Made by a program: the position numbers and the translations under genes. The notes below the pieces were generated by a model. It worked only from the letters and a program-made list of their open reading frames with translations, made no database searches and had not been told where the DNA came from. From Erysipelotrichaceae bacterium (lineage in GTDB: Bacteria > Bacillota_I > Bacilli_A > Erysipelotrichales > Coprobacillaceae): 32,000 nt of DNA. The stretch covers positions 11,801 through 43,800 of the forward strand of contig JAQVDW010000014.1 of the NCBI GenBank assembly GCA_028698185.1, in the 5' to 3' direction. Below, one piece after another: positions 7,879 through 19,644 of the stretch (the first letter of the stretch is position 1; each line of letters starts with the position of its first letter).

Positions 7879-8718
7879 TTATGGGGTTGTGGCTAACTTC
7901 TCCTTGTAGGCGGAAGGTTTGAGCTGGTAACGCTCCTTGAAAATCCGGTCAAATGACTTGTAGTCGCTAAAACCGTTTTTCAGGGCGATCTGGGTAATGT
8001 TGAGATTGCTCGAATGGAGATCTATTACGGCGTTTTCAAGGCGCTGGGCGTCAATGTATTGCTTCATCGTCATCCCGGTCCCCTCCTTGAACAAACGCGC
8101 CAGGTAACCATATGAAAGGTTGAATTCGTCGGCAATGAATTGGGGTGATATCTTGTCGGCAAAGTTGACATCGATATAGTTGATTATGTCGGCAATCACC
8201 TGGGAATTCTTGCTGGAACGGAGGTTTTTCCGGGTGTCGACAATGGCCATGGCGCCAAGAAGCTCGCCAAGCAGGACTGCGGCATAACCGTTGATGACGA
8301 TGTTGCCGAACCCGTCGTTTTTTGTATCGATCAGGCTGTCCAACAGGCCGACCAGTTTTTCTTTTTGGGTGCTGTCGAGCTTGTTTGTGAATGTGACATC
8401 CTCAATCTGGGGGTAGAGCAGTTCCGCGAATTTGTAATCAATCTGGATGGCGTAGCCCTGGTATTGCCGGGGTTGCTTGTTGATAAAGGTGTGGATTGAC
8501 CGGGAGTTTATCAGATAAAACTCTCCTTGAGCCACTGAGATCAGGTTGCCGTTTTCCCAAAGCAGGGTTTCGCCTTTAGTTGGATAGATCAGCTCCAGGG
8601 AACGATGCCAGTGCTTTGGTATCTTGTCGGGAACCTGGTCTTCTTTGATGTCGAAATAGAGCGTTTTAACGTACTGGTGGGGGCTTCTGGTTATTTTTTC
8701 ATATATGATATTGTCCAT
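7879..8718 (-). CDS. AraC-family transcriptional regulator (cupin-like N-domain plus dual HTH)
   Basis: The C-terminal ~100 aa are typical AraC HTH (...FIADEFNLSYGYLARLFKEGTGMTMKQYIDAQRLENA...ITQIALKNGFSDYKSFDRIFKERYQLKPSAYK). The N-terminus looks cupin-like (HWHRSLELIYP...). GGAGACA lies upstream of ATG 8718. Confidence 0.85.
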   Translation of the reverse strand: MDNIIYEKITRSPHQYVKTLYFDIKEDQVPDKIPKHWHRSLELIYPTKGETLLWENGNLISVAQGEFYLINSRSIHTFINKQPRQYQGYAIQIDYKFAELLYPQIEDVTFTNKLDSTQKEKLVGLLDSLIDTKNDGFGNIVINGYAAVLLGELLGAMAIVDTRKNLRSSKNSQVIADIINYIDVNFADKISPQFIADEFNLSYGYLARLFKEGTGMTMKQYIDAQRLENAVIDLHSSNLNITQIALKNGFSDYKSFDRIFKERYQLKPSAYKEKLATTP

Positions 8719-8738
8719 GGCTTGTCTCCTTGAGCTAT

Positions 8739-8766
8739 ATCATACCAAATTTTGCCGGCTTTGAAA
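8739..8766 (-). promoter_or_regulatory. Putative promoter of the AraC-family gene
   Basis: Read on the minus strand: TTTCAA (8766-8761), a 16-nt spacer, then TGgTATGAT (extended -10, hexamer 8744-8739). Confidence 0.45.
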
Positions 8767-8898
8767 ACGCAACCAGCGGATTTTATCGATTTGAAAAAGG
8801 CGAATACGGTTCTTGGACCCGTTTTTTTTGATTATTGGCATAATACCGTTTAAACAAGGAAATATTTGATAAAAAGCTAGAAGATAAAATCTAATCCG

Positions 8899-8906
8899 TG
8901 TATAAT
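8899..8906 (+). promoter_or_regulatory. Candidate -10 element for the first glycan-locus transcription unit
   Basis: A consensus TATAAT (8901-8906) with TG directly upstream lies 48 nt before ATG 8954. I found no convincing -35 at 16-18 nt. Confidence 0.3.
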
Positions 8907-8953
8907 TGTTACCGTGTAGTTAGCTACAAATATCCAATAGCACAGGAGTTACT

Positions 8954-9928
8954 ATGGCAAAAGCTTTGTTCATAACAACCAAAAATCTTGATTATTTGAG
9001 AAATGTTCAAGAGATAGAAATATTAAAACAAAAATACGGCCAGGTCGATGTGATCGGTTCGTCGGCCAAAAAATATTCGCAAAGGCTTAAGACGGTTTAC
9101 CTTGAGCTTATGTCAATCGACGCCTCCGTATACGAGGAAGTGTTCGTCGGGTTCGCCCCGCAGCTTATTCTGCCTTTTTTTCGCAAATTCAAGGGCACCC
9201 GGCTGACAATCGATTTTTTCATCTCGGTGTATGACACCCTGGTTCATGACCGCAAAAAATTCAGGGACAAGGGACTGGCAAGCAGAATCTTCCACCATAT
9301 CGACCAGGCGACGCTCAGGGCCGCCGACCGGGTAATCTGTGACACCAATGCCCATGGCGACTTCTTTTCCGCCGAGTTCAATATTCCCCGCGCCAAGATC
9401 GAGACGCTTTATCTGAGTGCGGACACCTCGATATTTTATCCGGATGAGAGTGTGGAAATGGATCCGGTGTTCACTGTCCTGTATTTCGGATCGATCCTGC
9501 CGCTCCAGGGAGTGGAGATCATTCTTGAGGCGCTAAAGAATTTTGAAAATGATGATACCATCAGATTCGTGATTATCGGGCCTATGAAAAAGAATGCCCC
9601 CAAACCGATTCAGGAAAACATAATCTATCATGACTGGCTAGACCAGGTTTCCCTGGCCCGGGAGATAAACAAGAGCCATCTTGCCCTGGCTGGTCACTTC
9701 AACGGTACGGTGCAAAAGGCGCGAAGGACAATTCCCGGCAAAGCCTATATATATGAGGCATGCCACAAGCCGATGATCCTGGGCGACAATCCGGCAACAA
9801 GGGAACTTTACCATGAAGGGGACCTTGGAATATATTTTTGCGAAATGTCGAATCCCCAGGCGCTGGCGGACCTGATTTCAAGTATCAGGGACAGGCATTA
9901 TGAAAACAAGGGTAACGCCCATGCTTAG
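8954..9928 (+). CDS. Putative GT-B-fold glycosyltransferase (GT4/GT1-like)
   Basis: ACAGGAG SD lies upstream. The C-terminal half looks like a Rossmann-type sugar-donor domain (...VLYFGSILPLQGVEIILEAL...FVIIGP...IPGKAYIYEACHKPMILGD...). It is the first gene of a glycan operon. Confidence 0.55.
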   Translation: MAKALFITTKNLDYLRNVQEIEILKQKYGQVDVIGSSAKKYSQRLKTVYLELMSIDASVYEEVFVGFAPQLILPFFRKFKGTRLTIDFFISVYDTLVHDRKKFRDKGLASRIFHHIDQATLRAADRVICDTNAHGDFFSAEFNIPRAKIETLYLSADTSIFYPDESVEMDPVFTVLYFGSILPLQGVEIILEALKNFENDDTIRFVIIGPMKKNAPKPIQENIIYHDWLDQVSLAREINKSHLALAGHFNGTVQKARRTIPGKAYIYEACHKPMILGDNPATRELYHEGDLGIYFCEMSNPQALADLISSIRDRHYENKGNAHA

Positions 9929-11198
9929 AAATTTCATTCTTTTTAGCAAAAACATCAAAAAAGATTCATTTTTGTTTAACACGATCAGCGCGATTGAAAA
10001 CTCGTTCCAGACGATGGTGCTCCTGCTGGTCATCACCCGGCTGGCACAAATCGAGGATTCGTCAATCTTTGTCATCGCCTATGCGGTGGGCAACCTGGTC
10101 ATGACCATCGGCAAATACGGCACCAGGAATTTCCAGGTCACCGACATCAAGGAAGAGTACAGCTTTTTCGAATATATCCAGGCCCGGGCGGTCACTACGC
10201 TTTTGTTGTTCATTGCGGTGGCATTTTATCTGTTAAAGGGGCTGGCTATCGACGGGATGACGCTTTACAAGTCGGGGTGCATCCTGCTTGTGTGCATGCT
10301 CAAGGCGGTTGATTCCTTCGAGGATGTTCTCCATGGCCGGCTGCAGCAGCTGGGCCGTCTCGATGTCGCGACCAAGATCCTGGCGGTCCGCTACTTCGTT
10401 TTCATCGTCCTGTTTGCACTCCTGTATCTGGTCCTACAAAACCTGATGGCGGTCCTGATCGTCACGAATGTCGTCAACGTTTTGCTGTCTGGTTATCTCA
10501 ACCTAATTCCCAAGGAATATTATCAGTTCCAGCGAAAAGCCGGAAAAAACAAGATCGCATTGATGCTAAAGGAGGTATTTCCATTGGCTCTGGGGATGAC
10601 CTTGATCATGTATCTGGGCAATGCGCCAAAATATACAATCGACGGCTATTTCACCGATCTGCAGCAGACTTCGTTCAATATCATCTACATGCCGGTTTTC
10701 ATCATCGGGCTTTTCTCGTCATTTATCTTCTCGCCACTGATGAAAAGCATGGCCGAGGCCTGGGCGGGAGGCCAGATCAAGAAATTCCAGGCGATTGTCA
10801 AGCGGCAGCTGGGGCTGATTGTGCTTTTCACAACCGGGGCGATAGTCGGTGGCTATGTGATCGGTCTCAGGTTGCTCGAAATGGTGTACGGTGTTTCCCT
10901 GGCCGGGGAAATGTTCAATCTGGTGTTGTTGCTTGTTTGCGGCGGTCTGATCGCGCTGATGACGTTCTATATAGCTTTGTACACGATCTGGCGCAGGCAG
11001 AGTATCGTACTTGTGATACTGGCTTTGGCTAGCGGTGTCTATTTCATCGGGGCCAATCTGGTCATGGTGAATTTCGCCACGACCGGTCTGATTATGTTTT
11101 ACCTTGCTTGCCTGTTGGCCGGCGATTTGGGTTTGGCCATCTATGGCGGGCTGATTGTACACGACAATAATAAAATCATAAATGGAGGGGAAATATGA
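9900..11198 (+). CDS. Wzx-like polysaccharide/oligosaccharide flippase (MOP superfamily)
   Basis: The protein has many hydrophobic segments along its whole length. The N-terminal region ...[26 protein letters not shown]... resembles the 'polysaccharide biosynthesis protein' family. ATG 9900 overlaps the upstream gene by 29 nt, and ATG 9921 is an alternative start. Confidence 0.65.
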   Translation: MKTRVTPMLRNFILFSKNIKKDSFLFNTISAIENSFQTMVLLLVITRLAQIEDSSIFVIAYAVGNLVMTIGKYGTRNFQVTDIKEEYSFFEYIQARAVTTLLLFIAVAFYLLKGLAIDGMTLYKSGCILLVCMLKAVDSFEDVLHGRLQQLGRLDVATKILAVRYFVFIVLFALLYLVLQNLMAVLIVTNVVNVLLSGYLNLIPKEYYQFQRKAGKNKIALMLKEVFPLALGMTLIMYLGNAPKYTIDGYFTDLQQTSFNIIYMPVFIIGLFSSFIFSPLMKSMAEAWAGGQIKKFQAIVKRQLGLIVLFTTGAIVGGYVIGLRLLEMVYGVSLAGEMFNLVLLLVCGGLIALMTFYIALYTIWRRQSIVLVILALASGVYFIGANLVMVNFATTGLIMFYLACLLAGDLGLAIYGGLIVHDNNKIINGGEI

Positions 11199-12073
11199 AA
11201 GGGATTATTTTAGCAGGGGGCAGCGGAACAAGGCTGTACCCGTTGACTCAAGTTACAAGCAAACAGTTGCTGCCGGTTTATGACAAACCGATGATTTATT
11301 ATCCACTAAGCATCCTGATGGATGCGGGGATACGGGAGATATTGATAATCTCGACACCGGAAGACACGCCAAGATTCCAAAATCTTCTTGGTGATGGCAG
11401 CCAGTTCGGGATTGAACTGGCGTACAAGGTCCAACCAAGTCCCGACGGTCTGGCCCAGGCATTCATTCTTGGGGAAGAATTCATCAATGGCGAAGCTTGT
11501 GCGATGATCCTAGGTGACAATATCTTCAACGGCCATGGTCTGGTCAAATGTCTAAAAGCGGCGGCAAGCAAGAAAGAGGGGGCCACTGTCTTTGGTTATT
11601 ATGTCGACGATCCCGAACGTTTCGGGGTCGTGGAATTCAACGCGGCCAAACAGGCGGTGTCGATTGAAGAGAAGCCGGTGCACCCGAAATCTAACTATGC
11701 GGTCACCGGGCTGTACTTCTATGACGAAAAAGTCGTGGAATACGCCAAGTCAATCAAACCGTCACCACGGGGCGAACTGGAGATCACCGATCTCAACAAG
11801 ATCTACCTGGAAAAAGGCAAACTCGATGTCGAGTTGCTAGGCAAAGGGTTCACCTGGCTCGATACAGGAACCCATGATTCCCTGGTGGAGGCGACCAACT
11901 TCGTCTATACAATGGAAAAACACCAAAACCACAAGATTGCCTGTCTTGAAGAAATAGCCTACCTTAATGGCTGGATTGATGAAACCAAGATGAAAGAGGC
12001 AATCGAGTTGTACAAGAAAAACCAGTACGGGGCTTACCTGCAGGATGTCCTTGATGGCAAGTATATAGTTTAG
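11195..12073 (+). CDS. rmlA: Glucose-1-phosphate thymidylyltransferase
   Basis: [18 protein letters not shown]...[17 protein letters not shown]...GDNIF...WLDTGTH. The protein is 292 aa. Its start overlaps the upstream stop (ATGA). Confidence 0.95.
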   Translation: MKGIILAGGSGTRLYPLTQVTSKQLLPVYDKPMIYYPLSILMDAGIREILIISTPEDTPRFQNLLGDGSQFGIELAYKVQPSPDGLAQAFILGEEFINGEACAMILGDNIFNGHGLVKCLKAAASKKEGATVFGYYVDDPERFGVVEFNAAKQAVSIEEKPVHPKSNYAVTGLYFYDEKVVEYAKSIKPSPRGELEITDLNKIYLEKGKLDVELLGKGFTWLDTGTHDSLVEATNFVYTMEKHQNHKIACLEEIAYLNGWIDETKMKEAIELYKKNQYGAYLQDVLDGKYIV

Positions 12074-12082
12074 GAGCATATA

Positions 12083-12661
12083 ATGAAAAAAATTGAAACG
12101 AAAATACCGGGAGTGGTCATCATCGAACCCGATGTCCACGGCGACCACCGGGGCTATTTCATGGAGACCTACAACCAGGCCAAGTTCCAGGAGCTAGGCA
12201 TCGACAATGTCTTTGTTCAGGACAACATGTCATTCAGCGCGGCCAAAGGGACGTTGCGGGGAATCCATTTCCAGAACGAACCGATGGCCCAGGCCAAGCT
12301 GGTCAGCTGCACCCGCGGGACTGTGATTGATGTGGCGGTCGACTTGCGCAAGGGTTCACCGACTTACAAGCAATGGGTGGCGGTGGAGCTCTCGGAAGAA
12401 AACAAGAAGTTCTTCTTCATTCCCCGTGGATTCGGGCATGGCTTTTTGACCATCACCGACAATGTCGAATTCCGCTACAAGGTCGACAATCTCTATTCGA
12501 GCGAACATGACCGGGGCATCCGCTATGATGATCCGGAAATAAATGTCGACTGGGGCAGCCTGCTCAACGGCATCGAGCCGATACTTTCAGCCAAAGACAA
12601 AGAGGGGCCGACATTGGCAGAGTCGGACTGCAATTTCATCTATCAAGGAGAATCAAAATGA
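12083..12661 (+). CDS. rmlC: dTDP-4-dehydrorhamnose 3,5-epimerase
   Basis: ...GVVIIEPDVHGDHRGYFMETYN...GIHFQ...KLVSCTRGTVIDVAVDLRKGSPTY...PRGFGHGF.... The protein is 192 aa. Confidence 0.95.
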   Translation: MKKIETKIPGVVIIEPDVHGDHRGYFMETYNQAKFQELGIDNVFVQDNMSFSAAKGTLRGIHFQNEPMAQAKLVSCTRGTVIDVAVDLRKGSPTYKQWVAVELSEENKKFFFIPRGFGHGFLTITDNVEFRYKVDNLYSSEHDRGIRYDDPEINVDWGSLLNGIEPILSAKDKEGPTLAESDCNFIYQGESK

Positions 12662-13680
12662 AAATATTAGTAACCGGGGGAGCCGGATTCATCGGCGGAA
12701 ACTTCGTCCATTATATGGTGGAAAAATATCCTGAAGACCAGATCGTCAATCTGGACTTGCTCACATATGCGGGTAATCTGGAAACATGCCAGAAAGTCGA
12801 AAACCAGCCCAACTACAAGTTCGTCAAAGGGAACATTGCCGACCGCAAGTTCATCTTCGACCTGTTCGAGAAGGAAAAATTCGATGTTGTGGTCAACTTT
12901 GCAGCCGAGTCGCATGTCGACCGTTCAATCGAGGATCCGGAAATTTTCGTCAAGACAAATGTCATGGGAACGACGACTTTGCTTGATGCCTGCAACAAGT
13001 ATGGCATCAAACGTTATCATCAGGTCTCGACCGATGAGGTTTATGGCGACTTGCCATTGGACCGTCCGGATCTTTTCTTCACCGAAGAGACCCCGCTGCA
13101 TACCTCGAGTCCCTATTCGTCATCAAAAGCGAGTGCCGACTTGTTTGTGCTGGCCTACCACCGCACCTATGGCTTGCCGGTGACGATTTCCCGTTGTTCG
13201 AACAACTACGGACCTTACCATTTCCCAGAAAAGCTGATTCCGCTGATGATTGCCAGAGCTCTCAACGACGAACCTTTGCCAGTCTATGGCAAAGGGGACA
13301 ATGTCCGCGACTGGCTCCATGTCTATGACCACTGCGTGGCGATCGACCTGATTGTGCGCAACGGCAAAGTCGGGGAGGTTTACAATGTGGGGGGCCACAA
13401 CGAACGGACCAACCTCGAGGTGGTCAAGACCATCCTGAAACAGCTTGACAAGCCTGAAAGTCTGATCCAGTTTGTCGAAGACCGCAAAGGCCATGACCGC
13501 CGCTATGCGATCGATCCGACCAAACTGGAAAGCGAGCTGGGCTGGGTGCCGACCTACAATTTCGACACCGGAATCAAACAGACAATCCAATGGTACCTTG
13601 ACAACAAGGAGTGGTGGCAACACATCATCTCTGGCGAATACCAGAACTATTTTGCCGATATGTACGGCAAGAGGCTTTAG
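12658..13680 (+). CDS. rmlB: dTDP-glucose 4,6-dehydratase
   Basis: MKILVTGGAGFIGGNFV...AAESHVDRS...STDEVYG...PYSSSKASAD.... The protein is 340 aa, with an ATGA overlap with rmlC. Confidence 0.95.
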   Translation: MKILVTGGAGFIGGNFVHYMVEKYPEDQIVNLDLLTYAGNLETCQKVENQPNYKFVKGNIADRKFIFDLFEKEKFDVVVNFAAESHVDRSIEDPEIFVKTNVMGTTTLLDACNKYGIKRYHQVSTDEVYGDLPLDRPDLFFTEETPLHTSSPYSSSKASADLFVLAYHRTYGLPVTISRCSNNYGPYHFPEKLIPLMIARALNDEPLPVYGKGDNVRDWLHVYDHCVAIDLIVRNGKVGEVYNVGGHNERTNLEVVKTILKQLDKPESLIQFVEDRKGHDRRYAIDPTKLESELGWVPTYNFDTGIKQTIQWYLDNKEWWQHIISGEYQNYFADMYGKRL

Positions 13681-13681
13681 G

Positions 13682-14524
13682 ATGAGGGTTCTAGTAACCG
13701 GAGTCAAGGGCCAGCTAGGATACGATATCGTCCGGGTTTGCCAGGAAGAAGGAATCGAAGCCATCGGGGTCGATATCGAGGAGATGGACATTACCGACTG
13801 TGAAGCGGTGGCAAAAGTCATCGGTCAAAGTGGAGCCGACGCGGTGATCCACTGCAGTGCCTATACGGCGGTGGACAAGGCCGAAGAGGACATTGACACA
13901 TGCAACAAGGTCAATGTGGAGGGAACCCGCAACATCGCTCTGGTATGCCGGGAACTGAATATTAAAATGATGTATTTTTCGACTGATTATGTCTTCGACG
14001 GTCAAGGGGAGAAACCATGGCAGGTCGATGACGCACCCAGTCCCATAAATGTCTATGGCCAAAGCAAATACCTCGGGGAACAGGAAGTGAGAAACCTGGT
14101 CAAGGAACACTTCATCATCCGCATTTCCTGGGTGTTTGGCATCAATGGCAACAACTTCGTCAAGACGATGCTCCGTTTGGGTAACGAAAGGGATGAGCTC
14201 AATGTGGTCGATGACCAGATTGGAGCTCCGACCTACACCTATGATTTGGCCCGGCTCGCGGTTGCCATGATCCAAAGCGACAAGTATGGCACTTACCACG
14301 TCACCAATGAAGGCGACACTTCCTGGTATGAATTCGCCAAGGAGATTTTCTTCCAGGCGGGAGTTGAGGTCAAGGTCAATCCGGTGTCTTCAAGCGAGTT
14401 CAAAAGCGCGGCCAAACGGCCATCGAACAGCAAAATGGACAAATCCCGGCTGGATGAGGCCGGATTCGGGCGGCTGCCAAGCTGGCAGGATGCGCTCAAA
14501 CGCTACCTGGTCGAACTGCAATAA
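13682..14524 (+). CDS. rmlD: dTDP-4-dehydrorhamnose reductase
   Basis: The true start is ATG 13682 (MRVLVTGVKGQLGYD...), 2 nt after the rmlB stop. The 70 upstream codons of the ORF track overlap rmlB in another frame. YGQSKYLGE supplies the YxxxK motif. Confidence 0.9.
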   Translation: MRVLVTGVKGQLGYDIVRVCQEEGIEAIGVDIEEMDITDCEAVAKVIGQSGADAVIHCSAYTAVDKAEEDIDTCNKVNVEGTRNIALVCRELNIKMMYFSTDYVFDGQGEKPWQVDDAPSPINVYGQSKYLGEQEVRNLVKEHFIIRISWVFGINGNNFVKTMLRLGNERDELNVVDDQIGAPTYTYDLARLAVAMIQSDKYGTYHVTNEGDTSWYEFAKEIFFQAGVEVKVNPVSSSEFKSAAKRPSNSKMDKSRLDEAGFGRLPSWQDALKRYLVELQ

Positions 14525-14566
14525 TAAACGGATAAATATGTGAATTTACCCATGATTCAAATAGGG

Positions 14567-14597
14567 CAAAAAAAGGGCTTGTACAGCCCCTTTTTTT
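14567..14597 (+). terminator. Rho-independent terminator after rmlD
   Basis: AAAAAAA-GGGCT-tgtac-AGCCC-c-TTTTTTT. The GC stem is flanked by A7 and T7, so it could work in both directions. Confidence 0.65.
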
Positions 14598-14808
14598 GTG
14601 GTCAAGATAATGATTTTTTGATGGACAACAGGGGACAATTGCGGTAATATTGTTGTTGTGATTTTTTTGATAAACAATAAGGATAATATTGACAAATCCT
14701 GGATCTTGAGACCCAAACGGGTCGCCGGGGCAATCCAAGGAATGTTTCAAAAGATATTTATTTATGTTATACTTGAAATAACAGTATATGGAAAAATGGA
14801 GGAATTTT

Positions 14809-15852
14809 ATGTTAAGCGCATTAATCATGGCCGGAGGACGGGGAACCCGTTTCTATCCATTGTCAACCGATGACCGTCCCAAGCAGTTTTTGAACCTGAT
14901 CGGGGAGAAGACAATGATCCAGATGACGGTGGACCGTCTGTTGAAGATCATGCCCATGGAGCGGATCTTCGTGGCGACCGGTGCCAAATATGTCGATCTG
15001 ACCAGAGAGCAGCTGCCGGAATTGCCTGAAGGCAATATCATCGTCGAACCGGTAGGCCGCAATACGGCGCCTTGTGTCGTTTTTGGAGCGATGCAGGTCA
15101 ATGCCCTGTTCCCATCGGACAACCTGGTCGTGCTTCCTTCGGATGCACTGATTCAGGATGTCGAGGAGTTCTGCAACGTCTTGAAAGCGGGTGATGCCTT
15201 CCTGGACAAGAACGAGGAAGCGGTAGTGACCATTGGAATCGAGCCGACCCGGCCGGAAACCGGATATGGCTACATCAAGCAGACCGACCAGAGTGAACTT
15301 GTCAACAACTACCAGATCAAGAAAGTGGAACGTTTTGTGGAAAAACCGGACCTGGACACTGCCAAGGAATACCTGGCTCAGGGCGGTTATTTCTGGAATG
15401 CGGGAATCTTCATGTGGAACGTCGACTATGTGGAAAAACTGGCAAGAGAGCATATGGAGGACACCTATAATAAACTCCGGGAAATCGGTAGGGTCAACAG
15501 CGAAGGATATGAAGAACGCTTGTTCGAACTTTATCCTTTGTGCGAATCGATCTCGGTCGACTATGCCCTGATGGAAAAGATCGACACAATCAACGTGATC
15601 CCGGGATCGTTTGGCTGGGATGATGTCGGGACCTGGGCGGCGCTCGAGCGCTATTTGCCCCAAGACGCCCATGGCAACATCACCAAGGGACGTTTCTATG
15701 TCGACAACGCCCGCAACAACATCATTTTTTCAACCAAAAAAGAAGTGGTTTTCCTGGGTATGGATAATGCCTTCTGCATTGAAGCCGACGACATGATTGT
15801 CGTGGGAACTAGGGACCAGCTAAGCGCGGTCCATGAACTAAGAAATAGATAG
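14809..15852 (+). CDS. manC: Mannose-1-phosphate guanylyltransferase (short form, no PMI domain)
   Basis: GGAGGA lies 5 nt upstream of ATG 14809 (MLSALIMAGGRGTRFYPLS...PKQFL...GYGYI...FVEKPD...FWNAGIFMW). Confidence 0.9.
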   Translation: MLSALIMAGGRGTRFYPLSTDDRPKQFLNLIGEKTMIQMTVDRLLKIMPMERIFVATGAKYVDLTREQLPELPEGNIIVEPVGRNTAPCVVFGAMQVNALFPSDNLVVLPSDALIQDVEEFCNVLKAGDAFLDKNEEAVVTIGIEPTRPETGYGYIKQTDQSELVNNYQIKKVERFVEKPDLDTAKEYLAQGGYFWNAGIFMWNVDYVEKLAREHMEDTYNKLREIGRVNSEGYEERLFELYPLCESISVDYALMEKIDTINVIPGSFGWDDVGTWAALERYLPQDAHGNITKGRFYVDNARNNIIFSTKKEVVFLGMDNAFCIEADDMIVVGTRDQLSAVHELRNR

Positions 15853-15866
15853 ACGAGGTATACGTT

Positions 15867-18554
<2,688 letters not shown>

Positions 18555-18558
18555 TAAT

Positions 18559-18598
18559 GAAAGGATGGTATAGCTTGGCCATCCTTTTCTTGTTTTTT
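18559..18598 (+). terminator. Rho-independent terminator after the manB-gmd fusion
   Basis: AAGGATGG (18561-18568), a 10-nt loop, CCATCCTT (18579-18586), followed by a T-rich tail TTTTCTTGTTTTTT. Confidence 0.75.
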
Positions 18599-18633
18599 AT
18601 CAATCCAAGCCGCCGATAATCCGGCTGTTGCTG

Positions 18634-18662
18634 TTTTAATTCGTTCCCAATTGTGCTAAAAT
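18634..18662 (+). promoter_or_regulatory. Candidate promoter of the assembly/export transcription unit
   Basis: There is an extended -10 TGcTAAAAT (18654-18662) and a weak -35 (TTTTAA 18634-18639, 17-nt spacer). It is about 155 nt upstream of ATG 18819. Confidence 0.4.
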
Positions 18663-18818
18663 AGGTTACTGGATAGCCGGATGAAGATAAGAAATTATTT
18701 TGATTTTAAGAAGAAAAATTCAAACGGCCATCAGCCTTTCAAAACTGGCGCCAATCGCCGCAAATATAAACATGTCGTGCCTGAATAACAGGGCAGACCA
18801 AGGGAGTTTTCAAACCAG

Positions 18819-19577
18819 ATGAAAGATGTGGAAATTTCAGTTATCATGCCGGCTTACAATGCCGGAAAATATATAAAAGAGGCTATTTCAAGCGTGATTG
18901 ACCAGACCGGTGGCTATGCGACCGAGACAATCGTGGTCAATGACAACTCGTCAGATGACACCAGGGCCATTGTGGAAAGCGTGCAGCGGGATTATCCCGA
19001 TAGCTCCATCGTCCTGATCAACAACGAGTGCAATCTGGGCGCTGGCGGTTCGCGCAATCTGGCAATCGCCCGGGCCAAAGGCAAGTATGTCGCATTTTTG
19101 GACAGCGACGATTACTGGTCGACCGACAAACTGGCCCGACAGATGCCCTTGTTTGAAAATTGCGGGGCCGAGTTCGCCTATGGTGCGCGCAGCCTGATCG
19201 ATCCGGATGGAAAACCGGTCAAGGCTATCATTCCCGTACCCTTAAAAGTCGGTTACAATCAGCTGTTAAGGACCAATGTCATTCCCTGTGGCAGCGTCAT
19301 TGTCAAAAAGGACATCCTGCCAGATCCGCCCTTTGTGCGCGACGACATCCACGAGGATTACATCCTGTGGCTAAGGCTCCTGCAACCGGGCAGAATTGCC
19401 TATGGCATCAATGAGCCGTTGCTTTATTCCCGCCTGGCTCCCGGGGGCAAATCGCGCAACAAATTGAAATCGGCCTGGATGAATTATCAGGTGTATCGCC
19501 ATTTTGAAATTCCGGTATGCAAGGCCCTGGTTTTGATGATATCCTACGCCATTGCGGGATTTAAAAAATATAAATAA
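18819..19577 (+). CDS. GT2-family glycosyltransferase
   Basis: ISVIMPAYNAGKYIKEAISSVIDQT..., a DSDDYW (DXD) motif, and a hydrophobic C-terminal segment (ALVLMISYAIAGF). Confidence 0.85.
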   Translation: MKDVEISVIMPAYNAGKYIKEAISSVIDQTGGYATETIVVNDNSSDDTRAIVESVQRDYPDSSIVLINNECNLGAGGSRNLAIARAKGKYVAFLDSDDYWSTDKLARQMPLFENCGAEFAYGARSLIDPDGKPVKAIIPVPLKVGYNQLLRTNVIPCGSVIVKKDILPDPPFVRDDIHEDYILWLRLLQPGRIAYGINEPLLYSRLAPGGKSRNKLKSAWMNYQVYRHFEIPVCKALVLMISYAIAGFKKYK

Positions 19578-19580
19578 ATA

Positions 19581-19625
19581 AAATAGAAATCAATCTCAAT
19601 TTCTATTTAACTTGAATTATTCAAG
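19581..19625. repeat. Two adjacent perfect inverted repeats in a 67-nt intergenic gap
   Basis: AAATAGAAAT (19581-19590), an 8-nt loop, ATTTCTATTT (19599-19608). This is followed by the palindrome CTTGAAT-T-ATTCAAG (19611-19625). Confidence 0.6.
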
Positions 19626-19644
19626 TTGGAAAAGTGAGGAATTT

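Noticed and set aside
13472-13681. A 70-codon N-terminal extension of the rmlD ORF
   Set aside because: It overlaps the 3' end of rmlB in another frame and translates to a non-RmlD-like, Ser/Thr/Arg-rich sequence. The canonical RmlD start MRVLVTG... is at 13682, right after the rmlB stop.
18681-18788. A 35-aa basic ORF (MKIRNYFDFKKKNSNGHQPFKTGANRRKYKHVVPE) in the leader of the assembly/export operon
   Set aside because: I saw no convincing SD upstream of ATG 18681 and no recognisable motif. It could be a leader peptide, but sequence alone does not support calling it.
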